The notes beneath the pieces were generated by a model. It was not told where the DNA came from, did no database searches, and saw only the letters and a list, made by a program, of their open reading frames with translations. The translations under genes and the position numbers were made by a program. Below, piece after piece: positions 1 to 7,448 of a stretch of DNA of 64,000 bases. Source of the DNA: Mycobacteriales bacterium. GTDB lineage: Bacteria > Actinomycetota > Actinomycetes > Mycobacteriales > SCTD01. The DNA lies in assembly GCA_046593925.1 (NCBI GenBank), contig JBKJQN010000082.1, forward strand, positions 126-64,125, written 5' to 3'. Every line of letters begins with the position of its first letter. Positions within the stretch are counted from its first letter, which is position 1.

Positions 1-367
1 CGCTGGAGCCCAGCAGCAGCAGCGGCACCAGGTAGGGCTCGACCCCAACACGATACCGCTCGAGGTTCTGCTGCTCCAGGCTCATCGGCCGGAACGGCGG
101 CCGCACCCGGTACGCCACGGTGATGTTGGCCCCGACGATCGTGGCCATCAGCACGCCGAAGCCCACGAACAGCAGCAGCTTGGTGGTCAGAACCGTCGTG
201 AACACGGTGCTCGCGTTGACATTGCGAAACCACAGCAGGTCGGTGTAGAGCGAGATGCCGACGCCCCCCAGCACCAGCACCGCCACGACGCCGATCAGCG
301 CGGGTGCAAGCAGGCGGGGACGGGCGGGCAGCCCCGCCCGGGAGATGCGGACGGCCACGCGGCTCAC
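1..367 (-). CDS. UPF0182 family membrane protein, N-terminal part (gene continues past window start)
   Basis: Reverse translation from GTG at 367 gives VSRVAVRISRAGLPARPRLLAPALIGVVAVLVLGGVGISLYTDLLWFRNVNASTVFTTVLTTKLLLFVGFG. This TM segment plus LWF motif is typical of actinobacterial UPF0182 (Rv3193c-like). Synteny with the PDZ/Lon-like gene supports it. Confidence 0.7.
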   Translation of the reverse strand, partial: MSRVAVRISRAGLPARPRLLAPALIGVVAVLVLGGVGISLYTDLLWFRNVNASTVFTTVLTTKLLLFVGFGVLMATIVGANITVAYRVRPPFRPMSLEQQNLERYRVGVEPYLVPLLLLGSS

Positions 368-456
368 TCTCTCCAGGCCGGGTGCTCGATGCTCCCAGTC
401 GCTACAGCCAACCCTGCCACAGCCGGGCCGGTTCCCCCTGCGGGACACTGCGCGCC

Positions 457-960
457 ATGAGCGCTTTGCAAGCTGTGGTCGGCGAGGTCGAGTCCCACGT
501 GGCGGAGGCCGGCTGGGACCAGCCGCCACAGCTGTTCGCGCTGGTGGACACCGAGCAGCTGCTACGGGCCGAGCCACAGCTCGCGACGACGATGGGCATC
601 GTCCCCGGGCAGCCCGGCTCATTGACGCCGGTGGCCCAGGAGGCGCTCGCCGACGCGCCGCTCGACGAGGCACTCGCGCAGGTGGTCTTCGGCGACGCGG
701 TGCTCGGCGTCGTGCTCGCGCACGAGGTGCTGGTCCTGCCGCCGTCGGCCGAGGTGGCGCTGGACGAACTCGATGCCGAGCGGGCCGCCGCTCACCCCGA
801 GGCCCGGGAAGTACGGATGGTCGTCGGTGTCGTCCGCGACGGGACCAGGGCGGCGGTGCTCCGGCTGCGGGCGACCGGGGACGGGCTGGACGAGCGGGTC
901 ACCGGTCCCGACCTCGCACCGGCGCTCGCCGAGGCGCTGCTCGCGACCCTCAGCGACTGA
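457..960 (+). CDS. conserved actinobacterial hypothetical protein (PPA1309-family-like)
   Basis: ATG at 457 (MSALQAVVGEVESHVAEAGWDQPPQLFALVDTEQLL) lies inside track ORF 304..960. The upstream part of that ORF is Arg/Pro-rich junk. The position between UPF0182 and the PDZ protease is conserved. Confidence 0.65.
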   Translation: MSALQAVVGEVESHVAEAGWDQPPQLFALVDTEQLLRAEPQLATTMGIVPGQPGSLTPVAQEALADAPLDEALAQVVFGDAVLGVVLAHEVLVLPPSAEVALDELDAERAAAHPEAREVRMVVGVVRDGTRAAVLRLRATGDGLDERVTGPDLAPALAEALLATLSD

Positions 961-972
961 CCGGCTGCGCAG

Positions 973-1992
973 TCAGGAGCAGCCGGTCGGGGTGCCCCCG
1001 CTGCGCTCCAGGTCCAGCGCCCGGCGGGCCTCGTCCAACGTCGACACCTTGATCAGCTGTAGCCCGTCCGGCCGGTTGGCCGCCGCGTCGGCGCAGTTCG
1101 CAGCCGGCACCAGGAACACCGTCGCGCCTTTGCCGCGGGCCCCCCGCAGCTTCTGCTGGATGCCGCCGATGGGCTGCACGGCGCCGTCCGGCGTGATCTC
1201 ACCGGTGCCGGCGACGTACGCCCCGCCGGTGAGTGAGCCCGGTTCGAGCTTGTCGACGATGCCGAGCGCGAACATCAGCCCGGCGCTGGGACCGCCGACG
1301 TCCTTCAGGGCGATCTTCACGGTGAAGGGGTAGCGGATGCCGGTCGCCACGCCGATCAGCGGCCGGGGCGGGGAGTCCGTCGACCCGGTCGTGACGAGCG
1401 TGGCCTCGGCGGTCTGCCCGTCGCGGCGGTAGCCGATCCGGACGTCCGCGCCGACCGCCCGCTCACCGATCATCGTGCGCAGTTGCGCGGGCCCGGTGAC
1501 GGGGCTGCCGTCCACACTGGTGAGCACATCGTCCTTGCGCAGGACGCCGACGGCCGGCGAGGCAGCCGACACCTCGGCCACGGTGACCTCGATGGGGATC
1601 CCGAGCGCGGTCAGCGCAGCCGTGGTGGCCGCGTCCTGCGACTGCACCATCTGTCGGGTGTTCTCCGCCTCGACCTGCGCGTCGCTCTGCCCGGGGGGGA
1701 AGACCAGCTCGCGCGGGACCACGGCCTCGTCACGCCGCGCCCAGCCGACCAGCGCCTCGGCGAGGGACAGGTCCGAGCGCACTCCGACGGTCGTGAGGTC
1801 CAGGTGCCCCGTGTCGGGGAAGCTCTGGCGGCCCTGCACGTCGATGACGGGCGTCCCGTCGCTGTCGCCGAGGGTGTTGAAGGTCGGACCGGGCCCCAGG
1901 GCGACGTACGGCACCCGCGCGACGAGCGCACCCACGAGCAGCGCCACGGCGAGCAGGGTCGACAGCAGCAGGGTCAGGGTGCGCCGGGACAC
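973..1992 (-). CDS. PDZ domain-containing Lon-like (S16) serine protease, YlbL/Rv3194c-like
   Basis: Track ORF 973..2061. It has an N-terminal TM (SRRTLTLLLSTLLAVALLVGAL), a PDZ region and a C-terminal Lon protease-like GPSAGLMFALGIVDKL. The start is probably GTG 1992 (VSRRTLTL, matching MNRRILTL of homologs). GTG 2001 and 2061 are alternatives. Confidence 0.85.
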   Translation of the reverse strand: MSRRTLTLLLSTLLAVALLVGALVARVPYVALGPGPTFNTLGDSDGTPVIDVQGRQSFPDTGHLDLTTVGVRSDLSLAEALVGWARRDEAVVPRELVFPPGQSDAQVEAENTRQMVQSQDAATTAALTALGIPIEVTVAEVSAASPAVGVLRKDDVLTSVDGSPVTGPAQLRTMIGERAVGADVRIGYRRDGQTAEATLVTTGSTDSPPRPLIGVATGIRYPFTVKIALKDVGGPSAGLMFALGIVDKLEPGSLTGGAYVAGTGEITPDGAVQPIGGIQQKLRGARGKGATVFLVPAANCADAAANRPDGLQLIKVSTLDEARRALDLERSGGTPTGCS

Positions 1993-2042
1993 AACGGGCA
2001 CGCTAGTGGGAGTCGAGGGGGCCGACCGGGCCGCGCCACGCG

Positions 2043-2471
2043 TCAGGGCGTGCCGACCCACTGTTCGTCGCCCTCGCGGAACACCTGCCGCTTCCAGACC
2101 GGCACCGTCGCCTTGAGGTCGTCGATCAGCCGGCGGGCCGCCTCGAATGCCTGCCCACGGTGCGGCGCAGACGCCGCCACCACGACCGCGATGTCCCCGA
2201 CAGCGAGCCGACCGGTGCGGTGCACCGCCGCAAGACCGAGCACCGGGAGGTCGTCGGCGACAGCCTTCGCGACCCGCTCGAGGGCCGCCACAGCGTCGGG
2301 ATGGGCGACGTACTCCAACTCGAGCACGTCGCGCCCACCATCGCTGTCGCGCACGACGCCCGTGAAGGACACGACACCGCCCGCACCGGGGTCCTCGACG
2401 GCCGCGAGCACCTCCTGCACCGACAGCGGGTTGTCGCGCAGGGCCAGCAGGCGCAGGACGGGACGGGTCAC
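2043..2471 (-). CDS. moaE: molybdopterin synthase catalytic subunit MoaE
   Basis: The 142-aa ORF has VVSFTGVVRD, LEYVAHPDA, VVVAASAPHRGQAFEAARRLIDDLKATVPVWK, typical MoaE. No MoaD-like ORF is adjacent. Confidence 0.85.
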   Translation of the reverse strand: MTRPVLRLLALRDNPLSVQEVLAAVEDPGAGGVVSFTGVVRDSDGGRDVLELEYVAHPDAVAALERVAKAVADDLPVLGLAAVHRTGRLAVGDIAVVVAASAPHRGQAFEAARRLIDDLKATVPVWKRQVFREGDEQWVGTP

Positions 2472-2563
2472 GGGACGCAGACTATTGCCGCTGCCACCAA
2501 CCTCGGCCTCGTGAGCGACGCGCTGCGGGGGATCGTGCGTCGCGGCAGCGGCTCGGTCGTGGC

Positions 2564-3040
2564 GTGGCGCACATGGTGCTGCCGTCCGCGCAGGTCATGG
2601 ACGTTGCAGAGATCGCCAGGGTCACGTTCACAAGCCCGGACCGGGTTCCGGGACATGATCCACAACTTCAACGACGGGCGGGTTCGACGCCCTGCCACCG
2701 AAGTACGGCGGCGGTCGGCCGCCGACGTTCACCCTGCCGGCCGCCGACGTTCACCTTGCCCCAGCGGCAGCAGATCAGGAAGATCGCGCTGGCCGGACCG
2801 GCTGATCACGGTCTGCCGTTCTCCGACCTGGACTTCGAGGCCAAGAAGAACCGGGTCCTGGGGCTGTACTCGATCGCCGGCGGCACCGCCGAGCCCGGCC
2901 CGGGCGACCCGACCGTCGTCATGTGCTCCGACGAGTCCGCCGCTACATCGCCTGGCGGAACCGGCACGCCGCCAGCCACTCCCGGCTCCGCGACGTCGTC
3001 GCCAGAGCCGAAACCATCAGGAGGAAGAGGTTGCATGACG
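2564..3040 (+). pseudogene. IS630-family transposase relic (multiple frameshifts, large internal deletions, DDE core missing)
   Basis: Pieces in three frames match IS630-type transposases: LPSAQVMDVAEIARVTFTSPDRV / RDMIHNFNDG / GFDALPPKYGGGRPPTFTLP / QRQQIRKIALAGPADHGLPFS / DFEAKKNRVLGLYSIAGGTAEPGPGDPTVVMCSDE / RYIAWRNRHAA..LRDVVARA. The catalytic middle is absent. Confidence 0.75.
2717..2760. repeat. 22-bp tandem duplication inside the IS630 relic
   Basis: ggccgccgacgttcaccctgcc (2717-2738) is followed directly by ggccgccgacgttcaccttgcc (2739-2760), with 1 mismatch. The length is not a multiple of 3, so it shifts the frame. Confidence 0.95.
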
Positions 3041-3100
3041 CGGCACCAGGTCGCGCGGACGCGGGGCTAGCGTGGCGGGCATGAGCAGCGCAGGTCGGCC

Positions 3101-4498
3101 ATGACCCGGCCGCCGTTCGGGTTCGGCCCGTCCGGCAGCGACGACGAGTCGGCCGGCTCCGACCCGTTCGGCCTGGGCGGTCTGCTGGGCGGTGGCGACG
3201 TGTTTGCGACGCTGGGAAAGCTGATGTCCTGGACCGGCGGGCCCGTCAACTGGGACCTTGCCACCCAGGTCGCCGAAAGTGCCGCGCGCGAGGGCGACCG
3301 ACCGGTGACCGAGCAGGAGCGCCGCGAGATCGTCGAGGCCTGCCGGCTGGCCGACCTCTGGCTGGACCCGGTGACGTCGCTGGCCGCCGGCGGCGCAGAA
3401 GCCCGTGCCTGGACCCGTACCGGCTGGCTGACCTCGACGCTGCCTGCCTGGCGCCAGCTCGTCGACCCGGTGGCGGCGCGGGTCGTCGCCGCGATGGGCG
3501 GGGCCCTCGAGCAGGGTCTGTCCGACGGCGTGCTTGGCGACGGGACCGGCGAGGTGGCCCTGCCCCCCGAGATCACCGCAGGGCTGCCGCCGGAGATGGC
3601 CGCCATGCTCGGCGGCATGTCGGCGGGTGACCTCGGCGGCGCCATGAGGGGCGTCATGGGGCAGGTCGGCGGGCTGGTGTTCGGCGCGCAGATCGGGCAG
3701 GCGCTCGGAGCCCTGGCGGGCGAGGTGCTCGGTGTCACCGACATCGGGCTGCCGCTCGGCGACGCCGGGCGGGCGGCCCTGCTGCCGGCCAACGTGGCCG
3801 CCTTCGGCGAAGGGCTCGAGGTGCCGCTGGAGGAGGTGCGCCTGTACCTGGCGCTACGGGAGTCGGCCCACCAGCGGTTGTTCGCCCATGTGCCGTGGCT
3901 CCGGGCGCACCTGTACGACGCCGTCGACGCCTACGCCCGCGGCATCGAGGTCGACCCGCAGGCGATCGAGCGGGCCGTCGGCTCGTTCGACCCGGCCGAC
4001 CCCGAGAGCTTGCAGCGCGCGATGGGTGAGGGAATGTTCGACCTGAAGCCCACGCCCGCGCAGGAGGCCGCGCTGGCCCGCCTCGAGACCGCGCTCGCGC
4101 TGGTCGAGGGCTGGGTCGACGCGGTCGTCGAGCAGGCCTCCGGCAGCCTGCCGTCCGCGGTGCAGCTGCGTGAGACGGTGCGCCGCCGCCGGGCGACGGG
4201 TGGGCCCGGCGAGCAGACCTTCGCGGCGCTGGTCGGCCTGCAGCTGCGGCCGCGTCGGCTGCGCGAGGCCGCTGCCCTCTGGACCGCCGTGGCTCAGGCC
4301 CGTGGCCAGCAGGGCCGCGACGCACTGTGGGCGCACCCCGACCTGCTGCCGGGACCGGGCGACCTCGACGACCCCACCGCCTTCATCGCCGGCGGTGGCA
4401 CCGACTGGGACGCCGGCCTTGCCGCCCTCGACAAAGACCTCGACGGCCGGCTCGACGACGACGAGGGCGGTTCCGGGGACGTCCCGCCTGCCACCTGA
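3101..4498 (+). CDS. zinc-dependent metalloprotease (actinobacterial hydrolase family, Rv3196-region-like)
   Basis: The 465-aa ORF has good GC3 and an HExxH-like RESAHQRLF segment. The conserved neighbourhood supports it. Confidence 0.75.
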   Translation: MTRPPFGFGPSGSDDESAGSDPFGLGGLLGGGDVFATLGKLMSWTGGPVNWDLATQVAESAAREGDRPVTEQERREIVEACRLADLWLDPVTSLAAGGAEARAWTRTGWLTSTLPAWRQLVDPVAARVVAAMGGALEQGLSDGVLGDGTGEVALPPEITAGLPPEMAAMLGGMSAGDLGGAMRGVMGQVGGLVFGAQIGQALGALAGEVLGVTDIGLPLGDAGRAALLPANVAAFGEGLEVPLEEVRLYLALRESAHQRLFAHVPWLRAHLYDAVDAYARGIEVDPQAIERAVGSFDPADPESLQRAMGEGMFDLKPTPAQEAALARLETALALVEGWVDAVVEQASGSLPSAVQLRETVRRRRATGGPGEQTFAALVGLQLRPRRLREAAALWTAVAQARGQQGRDALWAHPDLLPGPGDLDDPTAFIAGGGTDWDAGLAALDKDLDGRLDDDEGGSGDVPPAT

Positions 4499-4587
4499 GG
4501 CCGGCCGCCGACCGTTGCGTACGTACGAGTTCCTGCGCACAGGCTGTGCACCATCCAGGCGCAGGTGGTGAGCGGTGAAGTGCCACG

Positions 4588-4674
4588 GTCCACACAACCG
4601 TCCACAGGCGCCTATACCGGCCATCCACAGGGACACGCCCCGGCGTCCACACCGCGCCCACATCGGCGTCCACA
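4588..4674 (+). promoter_or_regulatory. array of five phased same-orientation (G/A)TCCACA repeats (DnaA-box-core-like)
   Basis: Copies start at 4588, 4600, 4623, 4645 and 4668, giving spacings of 12/23/22/23 bp. Degenerate copies GCCCACA (4656) and GCCACA (4691) fit the same ~11.4-bp phase. Confidence 0.55.
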
Positions 4675-4681
4675 GGCCTCG

Positions 4682-4710
4682 TTGACCGTCGCCACAGCGT
4701 TGCCTAACGT
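4682..4710 (+). promoter_or_regulatory. sigma-70/HrdB-type promoter-like element, TTGACC-17 bp-TAACGT
   Basis: TTGACC is at 4682-4687 and TAACGT at 4705-4710. It sits in a spacer between two convergent genes and has no downstream CDS. Confidence 0.4.
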
Positions 4711-4821
4711 GCTTCTCAACGGAGCCCCCGGGCCCCGGGACCGCGCGGAAGGGGAAGCCGAGCGGGACCGGGGACCGGGGGCTCCGTGATGAGTGGGGGT
4801 CGATGACCCCGAGCTACCGGT

Positions 4822-5622
4822 TCAGCGGCCGGTGAACACGGCTGGCCGGCGCTCCTTTCTGGCTTGTAGGCCCTCCTGCAGGTCGCCGGTGGCGAGGGTC
4901 ATCGGTTGAACGACCGACTCCCACTGCAACGCGTCGGCGAAGCTCGCGTGGCCGCCCCGCGACAGAGCGACCTTGTGCAGGCGCTGGGCGACCGGCGCGC
5001 CGGCGGCGACCATCCGGGCGCGCTCCATCGTCCGGCTCAGCAGCTCCCCGTCGGAGAAGACGTCGGTGGCCAGGCCGAGCCGGACCATCTCGCGGGCGTC
5101 GCAGACCCGGCCGGTGAGCAGCAGCTCGCGGGCCTGCGCCAGGCCGACGACCTCCGGCAGCAGCCACGTACTGGCCATCCCGGCGTGCATCCCGAGCTGC
5201 GCGAACGGCACGCTGAAGCGGGCCGACGTGCCCGCGTACCGGATGTCGCAGGACAACGCCATGATTGCGCCGGCGCCGACAGCAGGGCCGTTGATGGCCG
5301 CGATCGAGGGCACGTCGAGGCCGCCGAGCGACAGCCAGGTCTCGTAGAACGGCAGCATCCGGTCACGCAGCTCATCGACGGTGGCGTCGGGCTCGGACGC
5401 CAGCCATCCGACGTCGCCGCCGGCGCAGAAGGCCTTCCCGGCGCCCGTCACGACGACGCACCGCACACTGCGGTCGCCGCGCAGCTCGGACACCACCGCC
5501 GCCCAGGCCGCTGTGAGCTCGTCCTTCATCGCGTTACGGACATCGGGCAGATCCAGCGTGAGTGTCACGATGCCGGCGTCGGGGCCGGTGGTGGAACGCT
5601 CGACACGCAGAGGTCCGGACAC
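4822..5622 (-). CDS. enoyl-CoA hydratase/isomerase (crotonase) family protein
   Basis: The 266-aa ORF has VVVTGAGKAFCAGGDV, AAINGPAVGAGAIMALSCDIRYA and an EGLQARKERRPAVF tail. Confidence 0.9.
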   Translation of the reverse strand: MSGPLRVERSTTGPDAGIVTLTLDLPDVRNAMKDELTAAWAAVVSELRGDRSVRCVVVTGAGKAFCAGGDVGWLASEPDATVDELRDRMLPFYETWLSLGGLDVPSIAAINGPAVGAGAIMALSCDIRYAGTSARFSVPFAQLGMHAGMASTWLLPEVVGLAQARELLLTGRVCDAREMVRLGLATDVFSDGELLSRTMERARMVAAGAPVAQRLHKVALSRGGHASFADALQWESVVQPMTLATGDLQEGLQARKERRPAVFTGR

Positions 5623-5807
5623 GGCTGCTCCAGGGGTTCGGGGACGGGGCGGCCGACGGTACCGAGCGCCGGGCTGGCGGCTCCCCCGGCCGCGCCAGCG
5701 CTGTCAGGGGCTGCCCGGAGGCTAGGGTGATCCGCTCAGACCGTGACACCACTCGGCGTCACGGAGCCAGCGGGGCTGGCCCCCGAACAGACAGAGGGAG
5801 GCCCGCG

Positions 5808-5960
5808 ATGGCCGAGAGCTACAACGGCTACTGCGTCAAGTGCAAGGAGAAGCGGGACTTCGACGGCGAGGTAAAGGTCAGCGAGTCGGGCCGCCGGATG
5901 GCCCAGGGCCCCTGCCCGGTGTGTGGCACCAAGATGAACCGGATCCTCGGCAAGGCCTGA
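5808..5960 (+). CDS. small zinc-ribbon protein (DUF5679-like)
   Basis: ATG at 5808 is preceded by GAGGGAGG. The product is MAESYNGYCVKCKEKRDFDGEVKVSESGRRMAQGPCPVCGTKMNRILGKA, with CxxC...CxxC. It lies inside track ORF 5562..5960. Confidence 0.75.
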   Translation: MAESYNGYCVKCKEKRDFDGEVKVSESGRRMAQGPCPVCGTKMNRILGKA

Positions 5961-5973
5961 CGCACCCGCGTCG

Positions 5974-6010
5974 GCGCAGCGGGGCGGTCCCCCGGGCCGC
6001 CCTGCTGCGC
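5974..6010. terminator. GC-rich hairpin between convergent genes (putative bidirectional terminator)
   Basis: gcgcagcggggcgg (5974-5987) pairs with ccgccctgctgcgc (5997-6010), forming a 14-bp stem with one wobble. There is no clear U-tract. Confidence 0.4.
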
Positions 6011-6040
6011 ATGCGCCAGGCTCATCGGTACTCGCCCGGG

Positions 6041-6253
6041 TCAGCCGAGCGGGCGCTCCAGGGTGACGAGCACACCGTCGACGCCGCCCGGCCCGACCCG
6101 GCCTTTCACCTCCACCGCCGTGACGGCCTTGAGCTGCCAGCCGTCCTCGGCGTGCTCGTTCAGGACGTCCTGCAGCTTGTTGCCCGACATCTTGCCGCCG
6201 AGCATCCCCTCGCGGAGCTCGACAACTTTGTACTCGTACCGCTGGGTGCTCAT
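6041..6253 (-). CDS. DUF4177-like small protein
   Basis: The product is MSTQRYEYKVVELREGMLGGKMSGNKLQDVLNEHAEDGWQLKAVTAVEVKGRVGPGGVDGVLVTLERPLG (70 aa). It is the C-terminal part of track ORF 6041..7141. Confidence 0.75.
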   Translation of the reverse strand: MSTQRYEYKVVELREGMLGGKMSGNKLQDVLNEHAEDGWQLKAVTAVEVKGRVGPGGVDGVLVTLERPLG

Positions 6254-6359
6254 GACCCGCACCCTGCCACCGCGGCCCGGCTGTGGACAGCGACGCCGGG
6301 TGTGGACAGCCGACCCGGCCCCTCGTATGTGGATGCCAGCCTCGCGGTCGACCCCGGAG

Positions 6360-7394
6360 GTGCCTGTGCATCCTGTTCTGTGCCCATCGAGCCGTCGGCT
6401 CTGGCGCGACCCGCAGACCCTGCAGCTGGGCCGGGCGGGCGGCCGCGCGGTCGTGCTGGCGGGGCTCGATCCCGACGTCCGCGCTGTCCTGGCGCTGCTC
6501 GACGGCACCCGGGATCTCGAGGCCGTCGAGAAGGCGGCCGTGGGCGCCGGCTGCCCGGCCGCGCGAGCGGGCGAGCTGCTCGACCTGTTGCGCGGCGCGG
6601 GGCTGGTGGTCGACGCGGCAGAGCGCTGGCCGGCCCACCTGGACGTCGACGCGCGTGGCCGGCTCGCAGCCGATGTCGCCTCGCTGTCCCTGCTGCACGC
6701 CGGAGCCGGGCTGCCAGCCCTCCATCGCCGCGACGCGGCGGCCGTCACGGTCATCGGCGGTGGCCGCGTCGGCGCGCCGCTGGCCGGCCTGCTGGCCGCC
6801 GCCGGCGTGGGCACGGTCGACGTGTCGGACGAAGGCCACGTACGTCCCGACGACACGGCCATCGGCGGCCTGCGCCCGGCTGACATCGGGCGAGGTCGCG
6901 GGCAGGCTGCCCGAGACCGGCTGGCGGAGCTGTCCCCGATGACGCGCAGCGGTCCGGTGCGTCGTCCCGATGTCGTCGTGCTGGCGCCACCCGCGGCACT
7001 CGACGAGAGCGGGGTCGCGGCGCTGCTCCGGGACGGCCTGCCGCACCTGCTGGCCGAGGTGCGCGACACGGTGGGTGTGGTCGGCCCGATGGTGCTGCCG
7101 GGGCGTAGCCCGTGCCTGCACTGCCTCGACCTCACCCGCACGGACCGTGACCCGGACTGGCCGACGCTCGCCGTCCAGCTGACCCTGCCGGCGCGGGCTG
7201 CTCAGGCCTGCGACGCCGTCCTCGCGGCCGCGGTGAGCGCACAGGCGGCGCTGCAGGTCCTGGCCCTGCTCGACGGTGGTACCCCCGCCGCTGTGGGTGG
7301 CTCGCTGGAGCTGGCGCTGCCAGACTGGCGCTGGCGGAGGCGCACCTGGCAGCCGCACGACGCGTGCGGGTGCCGCTGGCGGGACACCGGGTGA
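6360..7394 (+). CDS. ThiF/MoeB/HesA-family (E1-like) adenylyltransferase with an extra N-terminal domain
   Basis: It has the Rossmann motif VTVIGGGRVGAPLAGLLAAAGVG, a CxxC (SPCLHCLD) and a terminal CGC. The start is uncertain (GTG 6360/6366, ATG 6327/6333). The upstream part of track ORF 6063..7394 is antisense to the DUF4177 gene. Confidence 0.8.
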   Translation: MPVHPVLCPSSRRLWRDPQTLQLGRAGGRAVVLAGLDPDVRAVLALLDGTRDLEAVEKAAVGAGCPAARAGELLDLLRGAGLVVDAAERWPAHLDVDARGRLAADVASLSLLHAGAGLPALHRRDAAAVTVIGGGRVGAPLAGLLAAAGVGTVDVSDEGHVRPDDTAIGGLRPADIGRGRGQAARDRLAELSPMTRSGPVRRPDVVVLAPPAALDESGVAALLRDGLPHLLAEVRDTVGVVGPMVLPGRSPCLHCLDLTRTDRDPDWPTLAVQLTLPARAAQACDAVLAAAVSAQAALQVLALLDGGTPAAVGGSLELALPDWRWRRRTWQPHDACGCRWRDTG

Positions 7395-7448
7395 TCCGGC
7401 GCGCCCGGCCGCCCCTGGCGCGCGGCGGGGCCTCGACAGCAGCAGACT

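Noticed and set aside
2564-3040. Intact or active IS630 insertion sequence
   Set aside because: The catalytic DDE region is missing, the remaining pieces sit in three frames, and no terminal inverted repeats could be identified.
4588-4674. Possibility that the DnaA-box-like cluster is the chromosomal origin (oriC)
   Set aside because: There is no dnaA/dnaN context and no AT-rich unwinding element. The boxes lack the TT prefix of the consensus, and the region is a 323-bp spacer between unrelated convergent genes.
4565-4789. 74-aa ORF in the convergent spacer
   Set aside because: The composition is junk-like (STQPSTGAYTGHPQGHAPASTPRPHRRPQ) and there is no SD. The sequence is better explained by the repeat array and promoter-like element.
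5736-7358. 540-aa minus-strand ORF, and many similar long ORFs (e.g. 12345..14606 +, 18855..20768 +, 23232..26378 +, 36049..36876 +, 60456..62603 +)
   Set aside because: They are Arg/Gly/Pro/Ala-rich translations lying antisense or out of frame to genes with clear family motifs. These are the typical shadow ORFs of high-GC DNA.
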